This document shows positions 38,412 through 51,260 of a stretch of 64,000 nt of DNA, in pieces. Source of the stretch: Sarea resinae (taxonomy: Eukaryota); contig JAPEUD010000007.1 of NCBI GenBank assembly GCA_026026165.1, positions 62,001 through 126,000 of the forward strand, in the 5' to 3' direction. A program made the translations under genes and the position numbers. Each line of letters begins with the position of its first letter. The first letter of the stretch is position 1. The notes beneath the pieces were generated by a model. The model did not search any database, was not told the DNA's origin, and saw nothing but the letters and a program-made list of their open reading frames with translations.

Positions 38412-39245
38412 CATATGTGGATTTGCGATAATGCCGTTGGGTGACTCTTGCGAGGTATACGGATTCACGAGAGCTTACTCAGTCGTGAAAAGGTCGGGAA
38501 CAGCTTCAGCTTGAAAGCTCTTTCTCTTTAAAGTTCCTATGTATTGATGTGTTTATGAAGGCGCATGGGCACCTTCCATGGTATTAACGTCTCCGCAGCC
38601 GACCCTCAGCACCGAAGAGTGGGCCAAGTCATGATCCACGAGGTTAAAGTGGGGGTCGTTCTCGCGCGTCGAGCGAACACCATCATGTGTGGATGGGGAA
38701 GGCATTGGGCATTTTCTTTCAAGTCTCATGTGTAACTCGATAGGTGTCTTGGAGGAGGATCAATGTTCAATTCAGTCAAATGTAATCATGCCATTGCATA
38801 CAATATGATGACTGTGGCATGTGTGCGTCCTGTGTGCGCGTAATGTGTGTGCGTTCTTGTCGTGGATTAGAGATATTCCATTGAGACGTTTGGGTGGCTC
38901 TATCATCTAGACGACTTCCAGTAGATTGAGATGACAATCAGAGACGAGCGGGACCATTGAGTTGTACTTTATATGTCAACGGGGACACAGTGGAAGGCGA
39001 GAAAGGATGAAACACCAAAGACATCAGCGCGAGATCTGATCAGGATGTGGAAGAAGCTACTGAAAGCACGAGGACGGCGGGAACAAGAAAGGCAGGTCTA
39101 CGTCATAATCAACAGTCGCAACCCCCCTCCCCTTCCCCCTCCGCCCCCTCCAAAGCGACCTCCGAAACATACTAACCAGCTCTCCCGCATCCATTCCCTT
39201 TGACTCGATCGATCATGGCGCTCATGTAACTCTGCCTCTAGTAGC

Positions 39246-40258
39246 ATGGACGGTCCCCAACCGACTCCCAGTGGAGGTCCGGGCCCGGCGCCGTTGTCAG
39301 AGAGCCCGGAAGCCATGCAACAACACGGCAGCAGCAGCAGCAACAGTAGCTCCCGGCGCCCGCGCAGCCACCCGCCATCCGACCTGCCCGTGCTCGCCAA
39401 CTTCTCCAGCAGCAAATTGGTCCTCGGGGCGGGCGTCGCCATCTTCCACGTTGCTTCGGCTCGGGTGGTGCTCTGCTGGCATAGCAGAGATGAGTACTGG
39501 TTCCTGCCCAAGGGCCGCAGAGATGCGGGCGAGGAAAGCGGGGCTGGAGCTGAGAGGGAAGGGTTCGAAGAGGTGTGTCTGTCTGTCTCTGTCCCTGTGT
39601 CTCCGTGTCTACACATATCCCCTACAAATCTCTCTGATTTCCCCATTGATTTGCCTTTCGTCTGCGAAGTCTTTCATCAGCAAATTCTGAAAAACGAGAA
39701 AGAGAGAAGAAATTGAACATGGATGCAATGGCATTGAACTGATCACATAAAACCCAGTCCGGCTACCGCAATCGACTCCTGCCCCTCCCTCTGCAACACC
39801 GCCAGCCCCGGCCCCACAACCCCTCCTCCCATGCCGCTTCCCCCTTCGTCACCGAGCCCGTCTGGACGCAGCTGATGCCGCAGTCGGCGACGGCGCAATA
39901 CATGCTCTTCTGGTACATAGCGGAGACGCTGGCGCCGTCGGTCGAGGCCGAGCTGGACGCCCACACCCAAGCCGCCGCCACGCCCGAGAACCCCACCCCG
40001 TATCAGTACCCGCCACCCTATCCGCGAGACCTGACGTTCGCGGAGAGGAGAAAGCAGGAGCCCGGCGGTTACGAGCCCCCGCGTCATGAGGGCACCGGCG
40101 TCGATGAGGAGGAGGCCCTGTATCAGTCCTTTTTGCTGCCGGTCGAGGACGCGGCGAGGAAGGTGGCCGTGCTGCGGGATGGGGGCGTGCAGGCGGATGT
40201 CATCCGGACTGGCTGGGAGGCTATCTGTCTGAGGCGGAATATGGAGCGCGGTGGCTGA
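39246..40258 (+). CDS. Nudix hydrolase, 2 exons (intron 39573-39757)
   Basis: Splicing completes a Nudix box GRRDAGEESGAGAEREGFEE|SGY (GX5EX7REUXEEXGU), preceded by WFLPKG; downstream YMLFWYIAE. Confidence 0.88.
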
Positions 40259-41745
40259 GCGTGTGTGTGGCATGTCAAGGGATAAGAGCTCCATGTTTGG
40301 TCGTGAAGACTGTCTGTTGGAGATAGTAGTACAGTCGAACGCGCTTCTCGCACATCGGGCTAATTGGGCGGACAGAGTTGAAAAAGGGAAACCATCTTGG
40401 AAGGCTTATATATGGCAATAGGTATGTGGGGTCGAGAGGCGAGAGAGTCTTCCAGATCACCCAGCATCCATACCTGCCTGCCATGGGGAGACAATGTCAT
40501 CACATAGATGGCCACGAAAGCGTACATAGCATAGACTTCACAAGCATCACACATAATCACAGTATCACGAGACCAATCCTCATCGCCGAGAAAACCGTCC
40601 AGATGCCCATTAAGAAGAGTAGAAAGAACCCCAAATGCTGCCTTGTCATAATCCTGATACAAAAGTAAACGCGACCAACCCTCAATGAAAACCCACGACA
40701 ACAACCCCAAGAAAACACAAAATCCGATTCTCTTCCCAGAGGTCCGAAGACAAGATTCTGGACACCAACGACGACGGCACACATGACCCAACTCCCAGAC
40801 TCCACGGCCAAACAAGCACACCTACCAATCAACCGCCTCAAGCTCCCACATACACACGTTCACCCCAAGCACCGCGAAAACTCCCAAGGAAGAAAGCTCA
40901 GCCCCCCAAAGACCTCGAGACGCTAGGAACGGGGACTCGCTGCTCGGCGAACAAGCGCAAAACAAGCAATTCATCCCGTCCTTTCACGAATCGAGGCTGG
41001 GTTCGAGTCTTCTCCATGGGCGGCGGGCCGAAGCCACTGCCAGCTCTGCGGCTCTCTCAAGAGCCCTCGATCGAGCGCGGCTTCGCGGGCAAGCGGCGAC
41101 AAGCGCACGCGAGCGAGCTAGCACGCGGGACGACGGTCGGGAAGAGGAGGAGCGGAGCCTTCTGTTGGTGGGTGGGGATCAGTGCTATGTGGACGCTTGA
41201 AGGGAAGAAGAGAGGGTATGAAGGGCTGCGGGTGGTGTGGGAGGTTTGGGGTGACGGAGTTCGTTATGGGGCGTGTGAAGAGGGGAAGTAGTGCTGCGAG
41301 GAGAGGTAGAGATTGACGTGCGCGGGAAGAGGGTATGCCAAACATGAAGAACGACGATGACGGGAGCGTAGCTGTGGGCTTCGCGCAGCACTGTAGTGTT
41401 GTGACTGCTGGGCTGTCGAGAACGATCCCAAAAGAACAAACGAAAAGAAAAGCCGGGCGCACTACCTCTCGATAGGGACGAGGAGCGGATACAAAAACAA
41501 AAGCTGCCTGACGAACGAACGATGTGCGAGAAGACACTGGTTCGCGTTTTATTCGACGACCGTAAAGATGATCGGGAAGAGTGGGCTGCAGCGGATACAA
41601 AAGCCGGCGAAAGAAAACACAAAAGAAAAACACCATCCAATCGATCCATCGGACTATTAGATAGACAAGAGTTAGTTCAAGAATATCAGATTGATTGTTT
41701 CAGGATTGACTCACCACCCATCATCTGTCAGCTATCGCGAGGAAG

Positions 41746-44080
41746 CTACTCCTCTTCAGACTCTTCTTCCTCCTCCGCTGCCGGACTAGCCGGAGCTTTT
41801 CCCTTTCCCTTCCACTGTCCGCGAGGCTGCGGCTTTGGTAATGGTATATGCGTCCGAGGACGCGACTTCACCGCAGCGGGGGTCTTGGACTGCACGATCG
41901 GAGACTTGCTTTTCTCCTGGAGGGCCTCGATGCGCTCCTTCATCGATGGCGTTTTCTTGGCCGAGACGGGAACCACTTCCGCGTCTGGCTGCATCTCGGG
42001 AGCGGTCGAGGGACCCTCCAGGGCGGCCATCTTGGCCTTTAGAGACCTTGGCTGTCGAATGATCCGTGGCCAACTTGCCTCTCCGGATTCAAATCGGATC
42101 GGCGGCAGCGAGTCTGTCGTGGCAACTGGCATGGTAGGGGCTGGCGGGGTAGAGGAGAATGGAGGCACGACACAATCGTATGGATCAAGCTCGCTGGCGA
42201 GCGGGACCGCGAACGTGTCGATCGGATTCAGGCTTTGCGGAAAGAAAGCCTTTCTTTCTGCCTCGAAGGAAAATGCAGAGGACATCGGGCGGGCACGCGG
42301 CGTTTTGGCGGGACCAGCTGCGAGGAACGAGGCGGCGGTCACGGGCGCGGGCGCGAAGGGAAAATGCAACGAGGTCGGAAGAGGCGTTTGTGAGGGCGAG
42401 AGAAATGATGGGGGCGACAACGATCCTTTCTTCGAAGCTGGCTCTACTTCCTGCGTATGAAGTCAGTACACAAACGAGAAGGTCGGATTGCTATATCTAT
42501 ACATTACCTCTTGACCACTGGACGTCACAGCCTCCTGCAGAGGAACCCCAGATCGCTCTGGGGCCTGCAGGCCAGCTGTGGCGCCACGGGGCCCATCGAG
42601 GCTGTCCGCTTCCGATATGTGCTCCGTAGTGATTGCCTAATAGAAGTATAAGCAAGCAAGCAACAAACTCGAAGGCATCAATTTATCTTACCTCTTGGCC
42701 ACTGGACGCCACAGCCTCCTGCAGAGGAACCCCAGATCGCTCTGGGGCCTGCCGGCCAGCCGTGGCGCCACGGGACCCATCGAAGCCGGAGTCTTCGTCG
42801 TCTTTCGGTACTGATGCCGCAGGGAATGCCTGAGAAATGGGATTAGCAAAATACTTTGATCGAAGGACAGATGTATGTTACCTCTTGACCACTGGGCACC
42901 TGCCGTGGAACCTCAGATTGCTCTGAGGCCTGCAGGCCAACCGTGGTGCCACGGGGCCCATCGAAGCCGGCGTCGTCGTTCGTCGGTTCTGGTGCTGGCA
43001 CTTGCTCCGTGGTGAGTGTCTGAGAAATTGACAATTAGCAAGCTGGTCAGATTGTGCAGTAGCTGAAATTACCTCTTGACCACGGGACGCCACGGCTTCC
43101 TGCAAAGGAACCTCAGATTGCTCTGAGGCCTGCAGGCCAGCCGCGGCGCCACTGGGCCCATCGAGACCGGAGTCTTCTTGGTCGTCTTCGGCCTTCTTGT
43201 TCTTCTTCTTGCCTCTACGGCCGGCACCTCTTCCGCGCCTTCCAGAGCCATGTCGGGGCATCACTCCCGACTGCTCTTCAGGGAGCTCTTCGGATTTAGG
43301 GCCGTCGACCGTCACTGGTTCGGGTTCAGTGGGTTCAGTGGGTGAGGTGGGTTCGGTTGGTGAGGCAGGTTCTGGAGGGGGGCCATCGTCAGCAACCGGC
43401 AAGACGGGTTCAACAATGACAGAAGTCACGTCAGATGGTTCGAACGCACCGATCTGGGCAAGCACTAGAGATAGTGCTTCTTCCATGGCCGGTTGCTGGT
43501 GTGTAGATCTGAATTTCTCCATTTCCTGGTGTCCCCGGTTTCGAAAATAGTCTGCAATCATATTGATTGCCACCCCAACGAGATCGAGTGCCTTCAGCAC
43601 GGCCATCTCGATCCCCCCAATGACCCGATTCAAAAATGAGGTGAAGCCAAGGATAAGAATCATTAATACCCAAGCGACCGCAAAGATGAAGGCGAGGTGA
43701 GGGATTTGACTGATCAATCTGCTTCCCAAGTGGTAACCCAAACTGAACTCGAAGGGTACGGACGGCATAGGCGTTGTGTCTGGCGATTCGGTCGGCGAAA
43801 GTGGCTCTGTCGTTGAATCTTCCTCGTAAGGGTGGAGTCTCCCGTAGATATCGAGGTAGAGCGCCAATCCTCGGTCTGCGATGGCTTTCAGAGCTTCATT
43901 GTCGTACCCAGACACTCCATGTGAGAGCGGAGTGTCCGCCGGCTGGGGGGCCCCCAAAAAGAGAAACGGAACACCCTGAGTCAGACTATCTCTAATACTT
44001 AGAGAAGGCCCGTGGAAATGAGCGGAGAAGAGCAATGTCGTCACCAGGGCAAAGACATAAATGATGGCGTGGAAGAACAT
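41746..44080 (-). CDS. Unrecognised membrane protein (about 705 aa) with tandemly duplicated exons; exons 44080-43073, 43019-42882, 42829-42692, 42636-42508, 42450-41746
   Basis: Hydrophobic N-terminus, internal TM-like segment HLAFIFAVAWVLMILILGFTSFL, Pro/Glu-rich tail; four 52-57 nt phase-0 GT-AG introns join into one open frame. Confidence 0.75.
42503..43190 (-). repeat. Four-copy exon+intron tandem repeat, period 185-191 bp
   Basis: Recurring GATGGG(C/T)CC..GGC..CAGGCC.CAGAGC.ATCTG.GGTTCC..GG(T/C)CAAGAG|GTAA with exon ends at 43073, 42882, 42692, 42508. Confidence 0.92.
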
Positions 44081-44696
44081 GATGTCGAGATATCTTTTCG
44101 CACGGAAGAAGATAGAGTGCTGTGAGTTGTGGTATGAGAAGAGGCTTGTAGACAGCTGAATGAAGAAGTCTGAAGTAAAGAATCTGTCTGAAGTACGCGT
44201 CCGAAGTATGAGGGAAAGAGTTTTAGTTCATCTGAAGTACGCGGCCGAAGGATGAGGTAAAGGATCTGAAGATGAAATGGATTTGGAGGTGCAAGCTGGT
44301 TTTATGTGCGATTCGCTTGAAGATCAAACAGATAGTGAATGATGAAGTTGTCTGTCAACCAATAGAGTTGCCAGTCTTCCTAGACGAAAAGGGAAAAAAG
44401 GAGGGCGGGTTACGGTGAATAAGCATTCACAGGAAGGCTTCACCTGTATCAGCCTCGACTCTCTTTTTGTCAATAGAGAGACTGCTCAGCCGAATCCTAC
44501 GGGACGTTGGCTGATTCGAGGCCTGACTCTCCGCGTCGACAATGCATGAGAGATCTGATTCAACTTTAGCCCATGACTACTTGGGCATCTCCTTGCTTGA
44601 AATATCCATCCTGCTTATCCATCCTCAATTGGTCACTGGGCATCTCTCAAATCTCGCAGAAAGTTTTCGTGATGCAGCGTAGTCTGTTTTCTTTGT

Positions 44697-45232
44697 TTAT
44701 TTACTCGAGTTTTGCGCTGCCGTATCCTTTGTGTGTTCAATATACGTTCATTTCAGTCAGGACAAAGAGCTTACCAAATACACTTGATAAAAGTTCATCT
44801 TCACAGTCTCGCCAACTTTCACGAAATGTGCTCTTGCGGCCCAGTCTACTTCCACAGACCTTCCAATTTTCAAAACATATAATACCGTCCCATACAGCAT
44901 GACTTCATCGGAATTAGGTCCGAAGGGAAAGACCTTGAGCGGACTATGCTTCCGAATCGATACATGTTCCCACATGCCCTTGCGGAGCGTCAAGATCTCT
45001 AAAGCATGCAGTCAGATGCAGCCTGAATGAATGACTCCAAATTGAGAGGGAGATTACCCGAGCGCCCCTTAACCATCTTTGATGCCATGATCAACGTCGC
45101 ATCCTCGGTGAAGAACTCGGGATACTCATCATGAGCAGTGGGATTGTCTGATGTGGCATAGAACTGTTCGAAGAAATGTTTGATAGAAGAGTCAATTGGC
45201 AAATCGGGGTATGCTGAGGTATAGACGCTCAT
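44697..45232 (-). CDS. SnoaL/NTF2-like small protein, 3 exons
   Basis: FFEQFYATSDNPTAHDEYPEFFTEDATLIM..KVFPFG..EVMLYGTV..VDWAARAHF..MNFYQVYL|DTAAQNSSK. Confidence 0.82.
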
Positions 45233-45895
45233 GTTTAATGCTTGAGAAGAAAGAAGTCACAACGCTTTGGTCAAATTTGAGGGCTTGTAAGGCACTGCAG
45301 ATGCGGTTTCCACGGTCAAACGGCTTTAAAGCAAGCAATTAAAAGAACGCGAAAGAAGTATATTCGAGGGTAAAGTTATCAAAATGCTGAATATCGAGCG
45401 AGTCAATTGGCTGTGACACGATCCATGGATTGATTGACGTTATGAAATGCCATATCGATCGTTTCGTAGCCTGTACTAGGTAACGACGCAGCCATACGCT
45501 GTACTACACGTACCATAGATGCTATACGTCATGGAAATCCGGATAGACGAATAAGGTACCTTACCTCAAGGTAAGGTAGGTTAGGGAGTGCCTTCGTACT
45601 ATGTATGAATGAAATGGATCCCAGCATCGATGCATATCAAAATTACCAGGGCAGGTATCTTACAGTTCTCAAACTGCCTAGGATTCTAGGACTAGTATTT
45701 TCTGAATAACACTATGTGGTTAATTACAATGGTGACTTGAGAACCATTTTTATACACCCAAGTGGCCGGCGTCCACTGACCCTTCAAGGGCAGCGAAGAA
45801 GCACCGCTGAAAACAAGTCAAGTACTGCAATGAGCAGCTCGAATGAACAAAACAAGAGTCAGAGACAACTTTATGTACGCTCCACTAGTAGCCCT

Positions 45896-46622
45896 TTACA
45901 ATCTCGTTCCCAAAGTAAAGCCATACCAAACAGTGGCTACGATTGCACTGAGCTGGAGAAGACCGGATATGTCGTGGTACTTCTTGAAAGATTTGTTGAG
46001 AGCAGTCATCTCTGGAGACTTGGGACCGTCATCGTAACTCTTCTTGCCGTCTTGATTCTCTGTAGTAGGGTATTAGTTTCAACGTGAGCGGAGCAAGCCA
46101 ATTCGAGCTCAGCTCACCTTGCTTCCTTCTTTCAGCCATGACTTTCGTGGACGCTGGGAGCACGAAGAACCTGTTGACTAAGGCTGTGACCAGTACCGTC
46201 ACCAATGGGGCAAGCACGTGAAGACGGTTCTCCTCAGCTAGCAATCCAGCTGGTCCAACGTTCACGGTACCGAAGGGTGTCTTTTCGCCTGGGTAGGTAA
46301 GAGCAAGAAGGGCTGGCACCACGGCTTGCCACGCGAAGTAGACTGGGAAGGTGTTGGCCTGGAGCTTCGCGAACTCAGGTCGAGGAATAACGCGGAAGGC
46401 AATGATTCCAGCAACGGGCTACGCGCATGTCTAGTCAGCCCTGCCTGAGAGACATATTGCATTGACTGACCTGGAAGATCTGAGCTCCTAATAGAAGGCC
46501 ATAGCTGTAGCATGCTTGTTAGACTGGGATTCAAGACGGGTGACGGGCTCTCCGCGGTAAGCTACGACGCACTTGATGATATGGTACGGCCCAGGAGTAG
46601 CCGCCAACGAAAAGTCGACCAT
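45896..46622 (-). CDS. DUF4149 / TMEM205-like membrane protein, 4 exons
   Basis: PYHIISYGLLLGAQIFQ..GIIAFRVIPRPEFAKLQANTFPVYF..QENQDGKKSYDDGPKSPEMTALNKSFKKYHDIS. Confidence 0.85.
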
Positions 46623-47278
46623 CTTGGTTGTATGATGATGCTGCTTGGTTTGCCGGCGAGTAGGGGTGTGTATTTCTGGAGAAACTGTAGACTTCGGACT
46701 TTTTCAAGGGGAAATATGGGGTGTGGGGTATGGGGTAAGTTGTTGAAAGCTGGGGAAGGATGAAGAGCTGTCGTCAAATCGTCAAATGCGATATGTTCCA
46801 GGTTGGTTAGCAATACTTCGTAACAGAAGGGAGCTTAGCAATTTATGGGAGCCGTGGCGTGACATCAGCGATGGTGATCTACCTCGGGTGCAGGGCATGG
46901 AAGGGTAATTACTACAGTACTCCGTACTAGGACTGTACCATAAGAGGGGGCCAGCGGAAGGCGAGAATTATGATGGGAATTATGAAATATGAAAGCGACA
47001 GCTCAAGGTATGCAGGTACACATGACAGCGTGTTTCGCTTCGCGTAGAGCTCAGCATCCATCTCCAGCTTGACCGCGTCTGCCTGGAGCTAGAGATATAA
47101 ATCTACATGGCCTTGAATGTATCGGTTGAATGGTGCCTAACACCTCACTCCCATTCTTCGATATCGGATTCCACCTTCTGGTTCCATTCCGTCTTGATAT
47201 TATGATGACCTGAAGCTCTCTTCCTCATCGCCCATCTTCTCTTCTCTTTCGTTTCCTCCCCTTCTCCCTGCCACTATT

Positions 47279-49998
47279 ATGGCGGACAAAGAAGCTACTG
47301 TCTACATAGTAGACGTAGGACAGTCTATGACTCGCCAGCACAGCGGACGGGATGAGTCTGATCTTGACTGGGTCATGCGCTATGTCTGGGACAAGATCAC
47401 GAGTACTGTACGCTTAGACTGCGAAATTAGCCATCTCAATCGCAAAGGCTGATACAGTTGGCAGGTTGCCACTGGACGTAAAACTGCAACTGTGGGAGTA
47501 TTGGGATTGAGGACTGACGGTATGCATATAAGTTGTAATAACGACATCTCGTTGCTGATATTTCTGTCCAGATACATCTAACGAGTTGGAGGATGATGAA
47601 AGTTTTCAGAATATATCTGTGTATCAGCCAATCAGCCAGTATGTCGAGCTTCATATAGCCTCTGGCCGGGTTTTGCTAAACTCTGGTATAGAATCCTTAT
47701 GCCAGATCTAAAGATGCTACGTGAGAAGATCAAAGCAAGCAATACGAATGATGGTGATGGTGGGTTTGTCTGAATACATCTGTGAATTAATTTGCATCTA
47801 CTAATGGTCATTTTAGCTATATCTGCCCTGATATTGGCTATACATATGATTGGCAAATACTGCAAGAAACTCAAGTACCGCCGAAAGATCATCTTGATTA
47901 CGAATGGCCTTGGCCCCATGGATACGGACGGAGTAACAGAAATAACGAAAAAGCTAAATGAGGATGAAATCGAATTGGTCGTACTGTATGAAATTATGCT
48001 GGAAGCTCCGCTGTTGCTCAGAAAAATTGGCTGACCTCCCAAGTGGTGTGGATTTTGATGATCCCGAATTCAAGGTCAAGGAAGAGGCAAAGAACCCTAC
48101 AAAGGTATTGCTGGTTACTGATTGACAGTATCAATTATACTGATTCTCTTAGGCCCGAAACGAGAAACTGCTCAAATCCCTGACAGATGACTGTGACGGC
48201 ATCTTTGGGACAATCGAGCAAGCAATCTCGGAATTAGGCATTCCACGTGTCAAAAGCGTTCGGCCAGTGCCTTCTTACAAAGGACAATTAACTCTCGGTG
48301 ATCCGGAGCAGTACGACTCTGCCATGTGTATAGATGTGGAACGATATCCACGGACCATGGTCGCGAAGGCTCCTGGCGCAAGCCAGTTTGTAACGAAGAC
48401 TGGTTCTTCAGGTGCGAATGAGGAATCAAGTACTCAAGCCCCTAATACGGCCGCAGTAGATGGAGCAAGGGAGCATCATGAGCAGCAGTCTGGTCTCACA
48501 AGCGTCAAAAATGCTCGTACGTACCAAGTGCCAGATAAAGATGCCCCTGGTGGGAAACGAGACGTCGAGCGAGAGGATTTAGCCAAAGGCTACGAATATG
48601 GTCGCACCGCAGTACATATCAGCGAATCTGATGAGAATGTCACGAAACTGGAGACGACGGCAGGCCTGGATATTGTGGGTTTTGTACCAAAGCAGAAAGT
48701 AAGTAAGCCAACATCCTTCTATAAGTCGTGGGTCGTTTGACCAGCAGTGCAGTACGAGCGTTTCATGCAACTCTCAACAGCTTGCGTCATTATAGCCCAA
48801 AAGACCAACGAGAAAGCCGCCATGGCTTTATCATCCCTGGTACACGCACTCTTTGAATTGGAATCTTATGCAGTGGCCCGACTGGTGACGAAGGATGACA
48901 AGCCTCCTGTGCTGGTTCTACTAGCCCCGTCAATTGAGCCTGATTATGAATGCTTGCTCGACGTTCAACTTCCCTTTGCCGAGGACGTCAGATCATACAA
49001 ATTCCCTCCTCTAGATAAGGTGGTCACTGTATCGGGCAAGGTCCTAATGGAGCACCGAAATCTCCCAAATGACGCACTCAAAAAAGCAATGAACGACTTT
49101 GTCGATCAAATGGATCTTTCGGACTTTGGCAGAGATGACGAAGGGTAAGAGCCAAATTCCGCTCGGTCCACGGATAGAGCTGACCATGATGACAGGGAGC
49201 CAACGGAGTACATGCCGATGGAAGATACCTTCTCGCCAGTGCTGCATCGTATCGATCAAGCAATTCGATGGCGTGCTGTTCATCCAGAAGAAGCAATTCC
49301 TCCGCCATATGATATTCTCACCAAATACTCGAAACCTCCTGAAGGACTGCTAGAAAAGGCTCATCCTTCCCTGGACAAAATAATCGCAGCCGCCGACGTC
49401 AAAAAGGGTAAGTCTCGAGCAAAACAAGCGCGTCTAGATACCTACTGACGTTGAATGCTAGTGCCGCCTAAACAGAAAGGCCGTAAACGAGCTCGCGATC
49501 AAACGAAACCCCTCTCCGGACTGAACGTCGACGAGCTCCTGGGCCGCGAGAAGAGAACAAAAATATCAGCCGAAAACGCTATTCCGGAATTCAAGCAGAT
49601 GCTCGCTACAACCGAGGACCTGGGCGCCATCGAAGACGCCTCCAAACAAATGGCGAGCATTATTCAGTCCCAGATTAGACACAGCCTTGGCGACAGTGGG
49701 TACGGGCAGGCAACTGAAGGACTGCGAGTGATGCGGGAAGAGGTGACAGCCTTAGAGGAACCGGCTTTATACAACGATTTCATTACGGAGTTGAAGAAGA
49801 AGCTGTTAGCTGGCGAGCTCGGAGGTGATCGTAGGGAGATGTGGTGGCTGATTCGCATGAACAAGCTTGGTCTTATTGATGAGAAGTTGTCTCCCCTTTC
49901 GAGTGTCAGCGAAGAGGAAGCTAAGAATGTGAGATTTGCTGTTACAATCGCCTCTAGAAGCCTTACTGACAGGTGCATAGTTCTTATCTGCAAAATGA
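47279..49998 (+). CDS. KU80: Ku80, ATP-dependent DNA helicase II subunit 2 (NHEJ), multi-exon
   Basis: [14 protein letters not shown] vWA start, [57 protein letters not shown]; last exon FLSAK. Confidence 0.96.
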
Positions 49999-51260
49999 CC
50001 AGCGCTACCAAGCAAGTTTCACAGCGAACGAAGGCTATGATTCTGACGAATTGACGCATGTACAATACGGCATTAGCGGGACGGAGCTGGCGCATGGTCT
50101 TCCTTTGGAATGTGTTTCATAAATTGCAATCCCTATGTTTTACCTCAACGGCGACACATGGTAAATTCTCCCTTGAGGAAACAAATCTCGAGCAATAGCA
50201 GGCATACGGTTCTATACAGATTGATACATCTGCTCACATCTCAATAAAGATGAACCTAGATTCCACGCAATCTTCGTTTACCCTCATCAACGCAGCAATA
50301 GGACACTAGCCTGATTAATACATCATCAAGACTGTTAGCATATGAAATTCCATATATCAAGTAGGCAAAACGAAGCCTCGAACCCGCCGCGGCTCAAAAC
50401 ATCTCTTTAATTGCCTCCTTATCCTAGTTCCTTCTTCGAAATTGACTTTAACCTTGACTTTCAGTGTATCAACGAGATAGGCATTCTGTAACGACTCGAC
50501 CGCGTATTGAAATCAGAGTGCTGCCGAAGCAGTCGTGTTGAGAAGCTGGTGTATACAGTCATGTAAGGGATAGAGCTGTTGCGTGTAGAGCGGGCATCAT
50601 GGAACGAAACGAGGCCCGTATCGGTACCGAGAACCTACGCAAGTGTGCACGCATATCCCAACCTACCTCAGTAGTAACCAACCATCTTCCAAGCAGCTTT
50701 CAAGAGAATCAAAACATAACTATCTACCATCAATAATAAGAGTCACTCACAATTGCCTACTAGAAGCCATGTCTAAGCAGCAGCAGAAGCATCAAGCAAG
50801 CAAGCAGATGAATTGCAAGAAGTGAAGTTTTTAAAATGTTATTATTGACACAAAGCTTAGAAGAGTATTGGCGGCGTCTCCAACGACGATGATGACGATG
50901 ATGACCTGACATGGAAGACGACGATGGAAACATATTGACATGGGACGACGCGCTTGCTTTACACCGTGGGTATGCGATCCGGACCACCACCAAGTCGTTA
51001 CAATAAGATGAATTAGCCACTAACCACCAACCAATGCTACCACACCGCACACATGCAACAGCAACAACACCATCCTATGCTATCGCTCGCCCTTCTTCCC
51101 CTCACCAGGTCTCATCTGGTCTCGTTCCTCCAATCAATCATCACGTCCGCTAAACACAATACCCCGAAGAACAAAACACTTGATCCCCTCCCATCACTCC
51201 CTGCCTACCCGGCTAACATCGGTGAGGAAGCTAGCACAGGTGTCAATTCAAGCAATGAAT

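Noticed and set aside
40990..41020. GGTTCGAGT resembling a tRNA T-loop (also the GGTTCGA repeats near 57661)
   Set aside because: No T-stem, acceptor stem or cloverleaf.
41522..42460. 312-aa plus-strand ORF
   Set aside because: Antisense shadow of the last exon of the minus-strand gene; no recognisable motifs.
42503..43190. Regularly spaced repeats as a CRISPR-like array
   Set aside because: Eukaryotic DNA; the repeats are coding exons separated by introns and no cas genes are present.
45896..45910. C-terminal TRL of the DUF4149 protein as a peroxisomal PTS1
   Set aside because: Non-consensus and on a multi-pass membrane protein; no TGA-CTA readthrough context seen at the stops checked.
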